DNA from: Acidimicrobiales bacterium
GTDB taxonomy: Bacteria; Actinomycetota; Acidimicrobiia; Acidimicrobiales; JAUTXP01
Length of the DNA: 64,000 nucleotides
Direction of reading: 5' to 3'
NCBI GenBank assembly: GCA_035651095.1
Contig: DASRGI010000274.1
Span: 1,489-65,488 of the forward strand
Below the pieces are notes generated by a model that worked only from the letters and a program-made list of their open reading frames with translations, was not told where the DNA came from and searched no databases. Below, one piece after another: positions 25,918 to 37,275 of the stretch; position 1 is the first letter of the stretch, and every line of letters begins with the position of its first letter. Made by a program: the position numbers and the translations under genes.

Positions 25918-27852
25918 TCAGGCGGTGGGGGCGAACGTGGTGAAGATGTCGAGAGAGTCGGGGTTGGCCAGCGCGCCCCGGGCCGCGGCCTCATCGGGCG
26001 GCGTGCCCGTGAGGATGCGCTTCACCGGGACCTCGAGCTTCTTGCCCGACAGGGTGCGGGGAATGGCGGCCACCTGGTGGATGCGGTTGGGCACGTGGCG
26101 GGGCGACAGGTTGGTGCGCAACTCGGTGGCGATGCGCTTGGTGAGGGCGTCGTCGAGCGTGCGGCCGTCGGTGAGGGCCACGAACAGGATGAGGTCGCCG
26201 GGCCCGCCCTCGGGGTCCTCGAGGTGGACCACCAGGCTGTCGGCCACCTCGGGCAGCGATTCCACGACCGAGTAGAACTCGGCCGTGCCCAGGCGCACGC
26301 CGCCCCGGTTGAGGGTGGCGTCCGACCGGCCACTGATCACGCAGCTTCCGTGGTCGCTGATGGTGATCCAGTCGCCGTGTCGCCACACGCCGGGGAAGTC
26401 GGCGAAGTAGGCGGCCCGGTAGCGCGACCCGTCGGAGTCGCCCCAGAAGCCCACGGGCATGGACGGCATGGGCGCGGTGACAACCAGCTCGCCCTGCTGG
26501 CCCACCAGCGAGCGGCCGGTCTCGTCGTACGCCTCCACCTTGGCGCCCAGGTACCGGCACGTGATCTCCCCCGCCCGCACCGGGAGCACGGGCACGGCGC
26601 CCACGAAGGCGCTGCACACGTCGGTGCCGCCGCTGCACGAGGACAGGACCAGGTCCTTGCCGACGGCCTCGTACACCCAGTGGAAGCCCTCGACGGGGAG
26701 GGGCGCACCCGTGGAACCCACCGCCCGCACGGCCGACAGGTCGAGCTCGGCACCGGGCCGCAGCCCTTCCTTGCGGCAGCTGAGGAGGAACGGGGCGCTG
26801 GCCCCGAACCAGGTGACACCGGTCTCGGCGGCCAGGCGCCACAGCTCGCTGACGTCGGGCCAGCCCGGGTTGCCGTCGTACAGCACGACCCCCGCGCCCA
26901 CCAGCAGCCCGGACACGAGGTAGTTCCACATCATCCAGCCGGTGGTGGAGAACCAGAAGAAGCGGTCCGCAGGACCGATGTCGCTGCACAGGCCCAGGAC
27001 CTTCAGGTGCTCGACCAGGATGCCGCCGTGGCCGTGCACGATGGGCTTGGGGAGCCCGGTGGTCCCCGAGGAGAAGAGGATGTAGAGCGGGTGGTCGAAC
27101 GGCACGGCGTCGAAGGCCAGCTCGCCGGGCGCCGCCACCAGGTCGGACCAGGAGACGGCGTCGGGGATGCCGCCGTTGCCGAGGTAGGGCACGGCCACCG
27201 TCGCCTCCAGGGACGGGAGCTCGGCCCGGATGGCGGCCACCTCGTTCCGCCGGTCCACGTCCTTGTCGCCGTACCGGTAGCCGTCCACGGCGAGGAGGAC
27301 CTTCGGGTCGATCTGGCGCAGGCGGTCGACCACGCTGCGGGTGCCGAACTCGGGCGCGCACGACGACCACACCGCGCCCAGGCTGGCGGTGGCCAGGAAG
27401 GCGACCAGCGTCTCGGCGATGTTGGGCAGGTAGGCGGCCACCCGGTCGCCCCGGCCGACGCCCAGCCGCTGCAACCCGGCCCGGGCCCGGGCCACCTGGT
27501 CACGCAGCTCGTCGGGCACCAGGGTGACGGGCGGGCGGGTCTGGCTGCGAGACACCACCTCGCCCGGTGCCCGCAGGGCGTGCTCGGCGTAGTTCAGCGT
27601 GGCGCCCGGGAACCAGCGGGCGCCGGGCATGGAGCGGTCGCCCTCGGCCAGCACCCGCTCGTAGGGCGTGTGCGAGCGCACGTCGAACCAGTCCCATACC
27701 GCGGCCCAGAACCCCTCCAGATCCTCGACCGACCAGCGCCAGGCGGCGTCGTAGTCGTCGAAGCCCTGGGCGCGCAGGAAGCGCCCGATCTGGCTGCGTT
27801 CCCAGATGTCCGCCGGCGGCGTCCAGAGGACAGCCGCATCTGCACCCGTCAC
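25918..27852 (-). CDS. Acetoacetyl-CoA synthetase (acetoacetate-CoA ligase)
   Basis: The N-terminal LWTPP...IGRF...W.WSV.DLEGFW pattern plus the AMP-binding motifs FSSGTTGLPKPIVH and WRHGDW are typical of AACS. The start is ambiguous: GTG 27852 overlaps the hmgA stop as GTGA, and ATG 27876 is the alternative. Confidence 0.85.
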   Translation of the reverse strand: MTGADAAVLWTPPADIWERSQIGRFLRAQGFDDYDAAWRWSVEDLEGFWAAVWDWFDVRSHTPYERVLAEGDRSMPGARWFPGATLNYAEHALRAPGEVVSRSQTRPPVTLVPDELRDQVARARAGLQRLGVGRGDRVAAYLPNIAETLVAFLATASLGAVWSSCAPEFGTRSVVDRLRQIDPKVLLAVDGYRYGDKDVDRRNEVAAIRAELPSLEATVAVPYLGNGGIPDAVSWSDLVAAPGELAFDAVPFDHPLYILFSSGTTGLPKPIVHGHGGILVEHLKVLGLCSDIGPADRFFWFSTTGWMMWNYLVSGLLVGAGVVLYDGNPGWPDVSELWRLAAETGVTWFGASAPFLLSCRKEGLRPGAELDLSAVRAVGSTGAPLPVEGFHWVYEAVGKDLVLSSCSGGTDVCSAFVGAVPVLPVRAGEITCRYLGAKVEAYDETGRSLVGQQGELVVTAPMPSMPVGFWGDSDGSRYRAAYFADFPGVWRHGDWITISDHGSCVISGRSDATLNRGGVRLGTAEFYSVVESLPEVADSLVVHLEDPEGGPGDLILFVALTDGRTLDDALTKRIATELRTNLSPRHVPNRIHQVAAIPRTLSGKKLEVPVKRILTGTPPDEAAARGALANPDSLDIFTTFAPTA

Positions 27853-29021
27853 GGGCGCCCCCCGGCCCAGGTCCATGCGTATCCCGGGTCCTCGCACTCC
27901 AGGGCCGCCGGCCCCAATCCCAGCGGGCGGAAGGTGTCGACCATCACCGCCCACTCGTCGGTGCCGGGCGCCCCGATGGACGCCTCCACCGACCCCGGCT
28001 GGGGCCCGTGGGTGAACCCGCCCGGGTGCAGGGAGACGGAGCCCAGCTCGATGCCCGCGCCCTTGCGGGACATGAAGTCGCCGCCCACATAGAAGAGGAC
28101 CTCGTCGCTGTCCACGTTGGCGTGGTTGTACGGCGCGGGGATGGCCTGGGGGTCGAAGTCGAAAGGCCGGGGGCAGAACGAACACACCACGAAGTTGGGT
28201 CCCTCGAAGGTCTGGTGGACGGGCGGGGGCAGGTGCACGCGTCCCACCAGCGGCTCGAAGTCGCGGATGTTGAACACGTACGGGTAGAGGCAGCCGTCCC
28301 ACCCGACGACGTCGAACGGGTGGTGGGCGTAGGTGAAGCGCGTGCCGCCTGTGTGGTGGCGCACGAGCACGTCGACCTGCTCGCCCTCGGACACGAAGGG
28401 CTCGGTGGGCACCCGCAGGTCGCGCTCCGAGTAGGGCGCCGACTCGAGGAACTGGCCCTTGGGCGAGAGGTAGCGCTTGGGCGGGCCGACGTGGCCGGTG
28501 GCCTCGACGACCAACGCTCGCAGCGCGCCGCCCTGCGGCACCCAGCGGTGGGTGGTGGACGTGGGCAGCACCACGTAGTCGCCGGGGCCGACGGTGAGGG
28601 CGCCGAAGATGGTCTCGACCACGGCCTCGCCCTCTTCGACATACACGCACTCGTCGCCCATGGCGTTGCGGTACAACGGCGACGGCGTGTCCGCCACTGC
28701 GTAGGAGATGCGCACGTCCTGGTTGCCCAGGACCAGGCGGCGACCGGTGACCAGGTCAGCCGAGCCGGCGTCGAGCTTGTGGGTCTTGAAGTGGCGCGGC
28801 TTGAGCGGGCGGTTGGGCCGCAGGGTCGACGGCGCGTCGGCCGTGTCCCACTCGGCCACGTCGACGATGGCGGTGGGAAGGTGCCGGTGGTACAGCAACG
28901 CCGACTCGGACGAGAAGCCCTCCTCGCCCATCAACTCCTCGGCGTACAGGCGCCCGTCGGGGGCCCGGTGCTGGGTATGTCGCTTCGGGGGAACGTCCCC
29001 CACCTGCCGGTAGTAGGGCAC
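27849..29021 (-). CDS. hmgA: Homogentisate 1,2-dioxygenase-like cupin dioxygenase
   Basis: 390 aa. MPYYRQVGDVPPKRHTQHR...GEEGFSSESALLYH... and the later FDFDPQAIPAPYNHANVDSDEVLFYV cupin core resemble the short bacterial HGD family. Confidence 0.8.
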   Translation of the reverse strand: MPYYRQVGDVPPKRHTQHRAPDGRLYAEELMGEEGFSSESALLYHRHLPTAIVDVAEWDTADAPSTLRPNRPLKPRHFKTHKLDAGSADLVTGRRLVLGNQDVRISYAVADTPSPLYRNAMGDECVYVEEGEAVVETIFGALTVGPGDYVVLPTSTTHRWVPQGGALRALVVEATGHVGPPKRYLSPKGQFLESAPYSERDLRVPTEPFVSEGEQVDVLVRHHTGGTRFTYAHHPFDVVGWDGCLYPYVFNIRDFEPLVGRVHLPPPVHQTFEGPNFVVCSFCPRPFDFDPQAIPAPYNHANVDSDEVLFYVGGDFMSRKGAGIELGSVSLHPGGFTHGPQPGSVEASIGAPGTDEWAVMVDTFRPLGLGPAALECEDPGYAWTWAGGRP

Positions 29022-29037
29022 GGATCGAGCGTACCGC

Positions 29038-29541
29038 TCAGGCTTGCCGGTTCGGTCGCCAACAGGTGGCGAGCAGGAGGGCAGCGCCGCCCCCGCCCGC
29101 GCCCGCGGCGGTGGCGAACCCGGCCCAGCCGTTCCAGTCGATGCCCACCGCGTGGTCGAGCGACAGCCAGCCGCCGCCCAGGATGCCGATGGCGACGGAC
29201 ACCATCGCCAGGTTGAGCACGTATTCGTAGCCCTCGCCCTTGCGGAAGATGAAGAAGCCGTTGCGCAGGTGGTTGGCCACGAGGGCGACGGTCATGGTGC
29301 CCACACCCCCGGCCGCGGCGAGCGGCGTGAACAGCCCGAGCACCAGCAGCACGCCGGCACCGATCTCCGTGGTGGACGCGATCCACGCGTGGACCTTGCC
29401 CGGGCGGATGCCGATGGACTCGAACCACCGGGCCGTGCCGGCGATCTTGCCGCCGCCGAAGAAGTGGTTCCACCCGTGGGCGAACAGCGTGATGCCGACC
29501 ATGACCCGGAGGATGGCGGCGGCAGCGTCGGGCGGATGCAC
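29038..29541 (-). CDS. DoxX family membrane protein
   Basis: ILRVMVGITLFAHGWNHFFGG...EIGAGVLLVLGLFTPLAA, with four hydrophobic helices. The start is taken at GTG 29541; the upstream part of the ORF is Arg/Pro-rich noise. Confidence 0.8.
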   Translation of the reverse strand: MHPPDAAAAILRVMVGITLFAHGWNHFFGGGKIAGTARWFESIGIRPGKVHAWIASTTEIGAGVLLVLGLFTPLAAAGGVGTMTVALVANHLRNGFFIFRKGEGYEYVLNLAMVSVAIGILGGGWLSLDHAVGIDWNGWAGFATAAGAGGGGAALLLATCWRPNRQA

Positions 29542-29552
29542 GGCGGCGGACC

Positions 29553-30026
29553 CTACCGGTCGGCGGCGGCGGCCTGGCGGATCTGCTCGGCGTGGTCGTG
29601 CGGGTGGCGGGCATAGATCTCCAACCACGTCTGCACCGAGTACGGGCCCGACTCGCTGTGCGTGCCCGACCGTTCCCAGTCCTCGGGGGCGAGGTGGGAC
29701 AGCAGTTCGCCCGACGCGGCGCGCACCGTGCGCACCAGCTCCAACGACGCCGCCACCGGTCGCGCCGCGTAGTGCAACCGCTGGGCCCAGGCGTTCTCGT
29801 CGTAGCCCTCGATCACGGGGTTGTCCTCGGTGAGCAGCCGGCGCAGGCGGATGGCCGACATGGTCTCGCTGTCGGCCAGGTGGTGCACGATCTCGCGGGC
29901 GCTCCACTCCCCCGGTGCCGGGCGGCGGTCGAGGGTCTCGTTGTCAACCGACTGGAGGGCGTCGACCACGGCGTCGTAGCCGGCCGCGTACTGCTCCAAC
30001 AAGGCCTCGCGCCGGTCGTCGTCCAT
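29553..30026 (-). CDS. DinB-like metal-dependent four-helix-bundle protein
   Basis: EWSAREIVHHLADSE...W...HPHDHAEQI, with His residues spaced as in the DinB_2 family. Start at ATG 30026. Confidence 0.75.
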   Translation of the reverse strand: MDDDRREALLEQYAAGYDAVVDALQSVDNETLDRRPAPGEWSAREIVHHLADSETMSAIRLRRLLTEDNPVIEGYDENAWAQRLHYAARPVAASLELVRTVRAASGELLSHLAPEDWERSGTHSESGPYSVQTWLEIYARHPHDHAEQIRQAAAADR

Positions 30027-30081
30027 GTGGGAGACGGTAGCGACCCGGAGCGGCGGAAATGCGGGCTGGGGCGCCGGCGTT

Positions 30082-31056
30082 GTGGAGCGCGTGCCCGCCA
30101 TCACCGTCGACAACCCGCTCGTCCTGCCCCGCATCCCCGTACCCGACCCGGCCGTGGCCCGGCCCCGCCCGGTGGCGTGGACGGCGGCCGCCCAGCATGT
30201 GGTCGAGGGGGCCGGGTTCCATGTGTGGCGGCCCTTCCCCGGCGGGGTCTCCCTGCACCGCACCGACCCGTTCCTGCTGCTCGACCAGTTGGGGCCGATC
30301 ATGAACGAACCGGGCAAAGCGGCCGGGGCGCCCTGGCACCCGCACCGGGGCTTCGAGACCGTCACCTACCTGCTCGACGGCGAGATCCAGCACCACGACT
30401 CCAACGGCGGCGGCGGGCTCATCGGCGAGGGCGACACCCAGTGGATGACCGCGGGTGCCGGCATCCTCCACGACGAGCTGCCCAGCGAGCGCAGCTTCCG
30501 CGTGGGCGGCCCGGCTCACGGCGTGCAGCTGTGGGTCAACCTCCCGGCGGCCAGCAAGTTCACCCCGCCCCGGTACCAGGCCATCACCGGGTCGGCCCTC
30601 ACCTTGCTCACGTCGGCCGACGGCGGTGCGCTGGTGCGCCTCATCGCCGGCGACCTGGCCGGCCACGCCGGGCCGGGCGTCACCCACACGCCCATCACCT
30701 ACGCCCACGTCACGTTGAGCCCGGGCGCCCAGCTCACGGTGCCGTGGGACGTGCGCTTCTCGGCCATGGCCTACGTGCTGCTGGGCCGCGGCTTCGCCGT
30801 GGCCGGTCCCGACGAAGCCGCCCGGCCCATGGACGAGCACGAGCTGGTCGCCTTCGGCCCCGGTGACACCCTCACCATCAGGGCGGCCGACCATCAGGAC
30901 CCAATGGAGCTGCTGCTGCTCGGCGGGCTGCCGATCGGCGAGCCCATCGTCCACTACGGCCCGTTCGTCATGAACACGCGGGGCGAGATCCTGCAGGCCC
31001 TGGAGGACTACCAGGCCGGCCGCATGGGAGTCATCCCCGCCGTGGATCTGGGATAG
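30082..31056 (+). CDS. Pirin family protein
   Basis: PWHPHRGFETVTYLLDGEIQHHDSNG (the pirin metal-binding cupin motif) and the C-terminal GPFVMNT..EI.QA..DYQ. Start guessed at GTG 30082, because ATG 30025 would overlap the divergent DinB start. Confidence 0.85.
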   Translation: MERVPAITVDNPLVLPRIPVPDPAVARPRPVAWTAAAQHVVEGAGFHVWRPFPGGVSLHRTDPFLLLDQLGPIMNEPGKAAGAPWHPHRGFETVTYLLDGEIQHHDSNGGGGLIGEGDTQWMTAGAGILHDELPSERSFRVGGPAHGVQLWVNLPAASKFTPPRYQAITGSALTLLTSADGGALVRLIAGDLAGHAGPGVTHTPITYAHVTLSPGAQLTVPWDVRFSAMAYVLLGRGFAVAGPDEAARPMDEHELVAFGPGDTLTIRAADHQDPMELLLLGGLPIGEPIVHYGPFVMNTRGEILQALEDYQAGRMGVIPAVDLG

Positions 31057-32878
31057 CCGATCGCTCCGGTTTGCGTACCGGGAAGTAGAGCGTGAACGGC
31101 TCGTCCACCACCTCGTGGAGGGGTAGGAAGCGGATGCCCCGATCCTGTCCCACCGTGCGGTAGCTGCCGTTCCAGTAGTCCCACTCCCGCTCGTTGTCGG
31201 CGGTGAGCATGGTGGCCGGGTCGGCGGCGTCACCCACCAGCGCCCGCTCCTCGTCGCACAAGCCGGCCAGGACCACCGGTCCGTCGAGGAAGGCGACGGT
31301 GTCCGGGCGGTCGGGCAGGGGTGCGGTGGTGAGGGCCCGGGGCAGCTCGACCTTGACCACGTTGTCGGTCCACGCCCGGGTGATGGTGCGGAAGCCGTCG
31401 GGCCCGCTCACCTCCACGGGCTGGCCGTCCACCGTGATGCGGGCCGGGCCCGCCACCCACCACGGGATGGGCAGGGTGAGGTCCATCTCGACCGGCTCGC
31501 CGCTGGCACTGGCGACGCGCACGGAGAACTCACTGGTGGTGGGGCGCGACGTGCCCTCGTCCCGGCTCAGGTCGACCTGGCCGGGCGCCGGCACCGGGGC
31601 CTTGGGGTCGCGGGTGGCGAGGGTGACGGTGAGGTCGGCGCCGTCGTGCGTGAAGCGGACCGACGCGGGGACGTACCCGGTGACCACCAGGCCGCCGTCC
31701 TCGTGCTGGTAGTACGTGCCCGTGCCATGGCGGGAGTGGGCCTCGACCAGCGTGCCGTAGCAGCACCAGAAGTCGGCCGTCTTGGTCCCCCACTTCTTCG
31801 TGGCGCCGGCCCGCATGGGGAGGAAGTAGCTCACCACGCCGGTGTGCGGATGCTGCTGGGCCAGGATGCCGTTCCAGAGGTTGCGGTCCCGGTAGTCGGC
31901 GTAGGTGGCGTCGCCCGTCCAGCGCAGCAGGTACTCGGCGAGCCGCATCATGTTGTAGACGGTGCAGTGCTCCTGGGTGTTGATGCCCATGCGGGCCGAA
32001 AGCTGGCCCGGCGGCGTCCACACCTCCCCCGCCGTCTGCCCGCCCGTGCACCACGCGTCCCGCTCGGTGACGGCCAGGCGCCAGTAGGCGTCGACCACCT
32101 CCCGCCATCGCTTGTCGCCCGTGACCTCGTAGGCCCGGGCCGCGCCCAGGGCCTCGGGGATGGTGGTGTTGGCGTGGAAGTTGGTGAGCAGGTCGTCGCC
32201 CGCCACCAGGCGGTCGAACAGGCGGGGACGGTCGTAGCGCTCCACCAGGTCGAGGTGGTCCTGACGGCCGGTGGTGCCGTACAGCTCGGCGAAGATCTCG
32301 AGCAGGCCGCACGTCTCGTAGTCGAGGATGTCGTCCATCTGCTCGCGGTCGAACGGGGCTGTCCAGCGGTGGAACCAGCGGGACGCGTTGTCCAGGACCT
32401 CGAGGGCCTGCTCGTTGCCGGTGAGGGCGTACGTCTCCCACAGGCCCATGAGCGTCTTGCCGGCGACGTACTGCGGGGCCCAAGCCCCGCGGCCCTGGGC
32501 GATGCGGTGCAGGTACTTCTCGGGGATGGACGACACCCATTCGCCGCCGTTCTCTTCCTGGCAGCGGGCCAGCTCGCTGACCACGTGCTTCAGCCGCCCG
32601 TCCAGCTGGGGGTCGCCGGTAGCGGCCGTGACCCGGGCGGCGGCGGCCATCCAGTGGCCCAGGAAGTGGCCCCGCACCAGGGAGTTGGGCGCCTCCCAAC
32701 CCCAGTGGATGGTGTCGTCGGGCTTGGCCGGCGGGCCCCAGATGCCCGCCTCGAAGTAGTGGTTCTGGAGCAGGTTGTCGGCCTGGAGCTCCAGCAGGTA
32801 CTTCCGGTTGAGCTCGTGCCGCTGCTTGAAGATGCCGGGCAGGAGCGTCACCTGGTCGGGCGCAAGGGGTCGCAGCAT
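31031..32878 (-). CDS. Glycoside hydrolase family 127-like (DUF1680, beta-L-arabinofuranosidase family)
   Basis: 615 aa. The motifs LQNHYFEAG, GHFLGHWM, HANTTIPEALGAARAYE, EHCTVYNMMRL and FWCCYGT match the DUF1680/GH127 pattern, including the Cys-rich catalytic region. Confidence 0.8.
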   Translation of the reverse strand: MLRPLAPDQVTLLPGIFKQRHELNRKYLLELQADNLLQNHYFEAGIWGPPAKPDDTIHWGWEAPNSLVRGHFLGHWMAAAARVTAATGDPQLDGRLKHVVSELARCQEENGGEWVSSIPEKYLHRIAQGRGAWAPQYVAGKTLMGLWETYALTGNEQALEVLDNASRWFHRWTAPFDREQMDDILDYETCGLLEIFAELYGTTGRQDHLDLVERYDRPRLFDRLVAGDDLLTNFHANTTIPEALGAARAYEVTGDKRWREVVDAYWRLAVTERDAWCTGGQTAGEVWTPPGQLSARMGINTQEHCTVYNMMRLAEYLLRWTGDATYADYRDRNLWNGILAQQHPHTGVVSYFLPMRAGATKKWGTKTADFWCCYGTLVEAHSRHGTGTYYQHEDGGLVVTGYVPASVRFTHDGADLTVTLATRDPKAPVPAPGQVDLSRDEGTSRPTTSEFSVRVASASGEPVEMDLTLPIPWWVAGPARITVDGQPVEVSGPDGFRTITRAWTDNVVKVELPRALTTAPLPDRPDTVAFLDGPVVLAGLCDEERALVGDAADPATMLTADNEREWDYWNGSYRTVGQDRGIRFLPLHEVVDEPFTLYFPVRKPERSAIPDPRRG

Positions 32879-32924
32879 TAGTCCAGAACAATAACAAACG
32901 TGCTGCGAGGCGTCCGGACGGGGG

Positions 32925-35471
32925 CTACTCGGTGGCGATGGCGGTGAGGACGTCGAGCTTGGCCGCCTTGGCCGCGGGCCGGATGGCGGCCGCCACCCCG
33001 GCCAGGGCGCCCAGCACGAAGATCGTGACCAGGAGCCCAGTGGGCGGTGCGAACACGATGTGCTGGTCCCGGCCCAACCCGTGCACCAGGGCCCACCCGA
33101 AGAACACGCCCAGGCCCACGCCGCCCACCGTCCCGAACAGGGCGATGATGGCCGACTCCCACCGGATGGACGACCGCAGCTGCGAGCGGGTCATGCCCAC
33201 CGCCCGCAACAGCCCGATCTCGTGGGTGCGTTCGTAGACGGACAGGCGCAGCGTGTTGGCGATGCCCATCAGCGCGATCAGCAGCGCCAGCAACAGCATC
33301 ACGAACATGAGGCTGAGCACCTGGTTGATCTGGCTGGTGAACGTCTGCTTCAGCTCCTGCTGGTCCTTCACGGTGGCGTTGGGATAGGGCTTGACCGCCT
33401 GCTCCACCGCCGCTCGCCCGGCCGCAAACGAGACCCCGGACTTGAACTTCACGAAGATCTGCTGGTCGAGCGAGTTGGGCACGTTGGCGTCGTATGCCGT
33501 CGTCCCCATGACGAACGTGGGGGCGATGTCGTTGCGGTGGAACATGGCTGCGATGGTGAAGGTCTGGTCCCCCGTCTCGGCGAAGCGGGCGATGACGGTG
33601 TCGCCGAGCTTCCACCCGCTGGACTTGGCCTTCACGTCGTACACGGCCACCTGCCTGCTGCCCAGGTCCGACAGCTTCCCGGCCGTGACCTGGAGATCGA
33701 GGACCTTGGGCAGGGTCTGGGGGTCGATCACCAGCACGTTCCGGGTCGACCCGCCCTGCTCGAAGGCGCCGAACCGGATGGGCGTGGCCGCCGCCACTTC
33801 GGGCAACCGGTTGAGCTGGTGGGCCAGCGACGGGCTGAACCCGCCGAAGCCGAAGGCGCCGGAGTCGACGGTGACGTCCCCCGTGAAGGACCGGCTGATC
33901 TGGTCGCTTATGGACGCCTTGAACGAGCTGGCCATGGCCGCCAGCAGGCTGACCACGCCCACGCCGATGAGCAGGGCCGAAGCCGTGCCCGCCGTACGCC
34001 GCGGGTTGCGCATGGCGTTCTCCCGGGCCAGCACCCCCGTGATCCCCTTGAGCTTGGGGATGGGGCTCCCGATCAGCCGGCTCACCGGCGCCGCCACCAC
34101 CGGGCCGAGGGCCACAACGCCCACGAGGACGGCGACCGCTCCCAGGGCGGTGACCGAACCGGCCGCCGAACCCAGCACGCCGCTCAGCACGGCGGCGACG
34201 CCCAGGCCGGTGAGCAGTACGCCCACCACCAGGCGGAGCCGGGACGCGCCCGTGCGGTCGATGGCCGTGTCCCGCATTGCCGCGATGGGCGGCACCCGGG
34301 CGCCCCGGATGGACGGGGCCAGGGCCGCGACCAAGGTGACGACGGTGCCCACCAGGAGCCCGATGATCACGGTGGCCGGGCGCACCACCAGACCGGTGGC
34401 GGGGATGTCGAGGCCGAACCCGGCGAGCAGGGCCTTGAGCCCGGCCCCCACGGCGATCCCGAGCAGCACGCCGGCGACGGACGACACCAGGCCGACGGCC
34501 AGCGCCTCCCCCACCATCGACAGGAGCACCTGCCGGCGGGAGGCGCCGATGGCCCGCAACAGCGCCATCTCCCGCAACCGCTGTGCGATGAGGATGGAGA
34601 ACGTGTTGTAGATGACGAAGCCGCCGACGACGAGGGCGATCACCGCGAAGGCGTTGAAGAAGATCGTGAGTCCGGTGATGTTCTTGGAGAACTGGTCCTG
34701 GTTCTCCTTGGTGATCTCGGCGCCCGTCTTCACCTCCACGCCGGCGGGCACGACCTTTTGCACGCGCGCCGCCAACTCGGCCTGCGACACGCCGGGCTGG
34801 GCCACCAGGCTGATGCCGTCGATCCGGCCGGGCTGGGCCATGGTGCGCTCGGCCGTCTGGAGGTCGAACAACGCGTACGACGCGCCCAGCGGGCTGTCGG
34901 CCGCGCCGAAGGTGGCGATGCCGGACACCCGGTACGGCTGGGGCGCGACGTTGGGCAGGAGGATGGTGATCGAGTCACCGACGGCGAAGTGGCCCAGGCG
35001 GGCGCTGCGGCGGTCGATCACCACGTCGTTCGCCGATGTGGGCGCCGAGCCCTCGGCCAGGCGGAAGGGATTGAGCCCCGCCACTGAGATCCAGTTGCCG
35101 CCGAAGGTGGGCGCGCCCCGGCCCGGGGTGCCCATGGCCTTGCCCTTCTTGTCCACCAGCTGGGCGTAGCCCTGGACCTGGGGGGCGTCGGCCCGCACGC
35201 CGTCGACCCGGGAGACGGCCTGGAGCACCGACTCGTCCAGGCGGGCCCGGCTGTCCTGGGCGCCTCGCTCGCCGCTGAGCTTGGCCGCGCTGCGAACGTA
35301 GGCGTCCGTGCCCTTGCTCACGCTGGCGAACAGGTCGTCGAAGGTGCGCTTGATGGTGTCGGTGAGGACGAGGGTGCCGGCCAGGAAGGCCACACCCAGC
35401 AGGACGGCGAGGAAGGTGGAGACGAGCCGGGGCAGGTGACCGAGTAGCCCCTTCAACGTGACGCGGAACAC
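32925..35471 (-). CDS. ABC transporter permease with two FtsX domains (MacB/DevC-like)
   Basis: 848 aa. The N-terminal MFRVTLKGLLGHLPRLVSTFLAVLLGVAF and two blocks of four TM helices with FtsX-type loops (..IAQRLREMALLRAIGASRRQV.., ..VYERTHEIGLLRAVGMTRSQL..). Confidence 0.85.
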   Translation of the reverse strand: MFRVTLKGLLGHLPRLVSTFLAVLLGVAFLAGTLVLTDTIKRTFDDLFASVSKGTDAYVRSAAKLSGERGAQDSRARLDESVLQAVSRVDGVRADAPQVQGYAQLVDKKGKAMGTPGRGAPTFGGNWISVAGLNPFRLAEGSAPTSANDVVIDRRSARLGHFAVGDSITILLPNVAPQPYRVSGIATFGAADSPLGASYALFDLQTAERTMAQPGRIDGISLVAQPGVSQAELAARVQKVVPAGVEVKTGAEITKENQDQFSKNITGLTIFFNAFAVIALVVGGFVIYNTFSILIAQRLREMALLRAIGASRRQVLLSMVGEALAVGLVSSVAGVLLGIAVGAGLKALLAGFGLDIPATGLVVRPATVIIGLLVGTVVTLVAALAPSIRGARVPPIAAMRDTAIDRTGASRLRLVVGVLLTGLGVAAVLSGVLGSAAGSVTALGAVAVLVGVVALGPVVAAPVSRLIGSPIPKLKGITGVLARENAMRNPRRTAGTASALLIGVGVVSLLAAMASSFKASISDQISRSFTGDVTVDSGAFGFGGFSPSLAHQLNRLPEVAAATPIRFGAFEQGGSTRNVLVIDPQTLPKVLDLQVTAGKLSDLGSRQVAVYDVKAKSSGWKLGDTVIARFAETGDQTFTIAAMFHRNDIAPTFVMGTTAYDANVPNSLDQQIFVKFKSGVSFAAGRAAVEQAVKPYPNATVKDQQELKQTFTSQINQVLSLMFVMLLLALLIALMGIANTLRLSVYERTHEIGLLRAVGMTRSQLRSSIRWESAIIALFGTVGGVGLGVFFGWALVHGLGRDQHIVFAPPTGLLVTIFVLGALAGVAAAIRPAAKAAKLDVLTAIATE

Positions 35472-35477
35472 GCGGCC

Positions 35478-36233
<756 letters not shown>

Positions 36234-36301
36234 GGTTCCACGTTAGAACCCAAACCGCAGGAAGTTTATTGAACTCTTGGGACCACTCTCATGAACGCAT
36301 G

Positions 36302-37275
<974 letters not shown>

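Noticed and set aside
30025-30081. ATG 30025 as the pirin start codon.
   Set aside because: It would overlap the divergent DinB-like start codon (CAT 30024-30026) base for base, and the first ~19 codons look non-conserved. A GTG at 30082 or 30091 is more plausible. The start remains unresolved.
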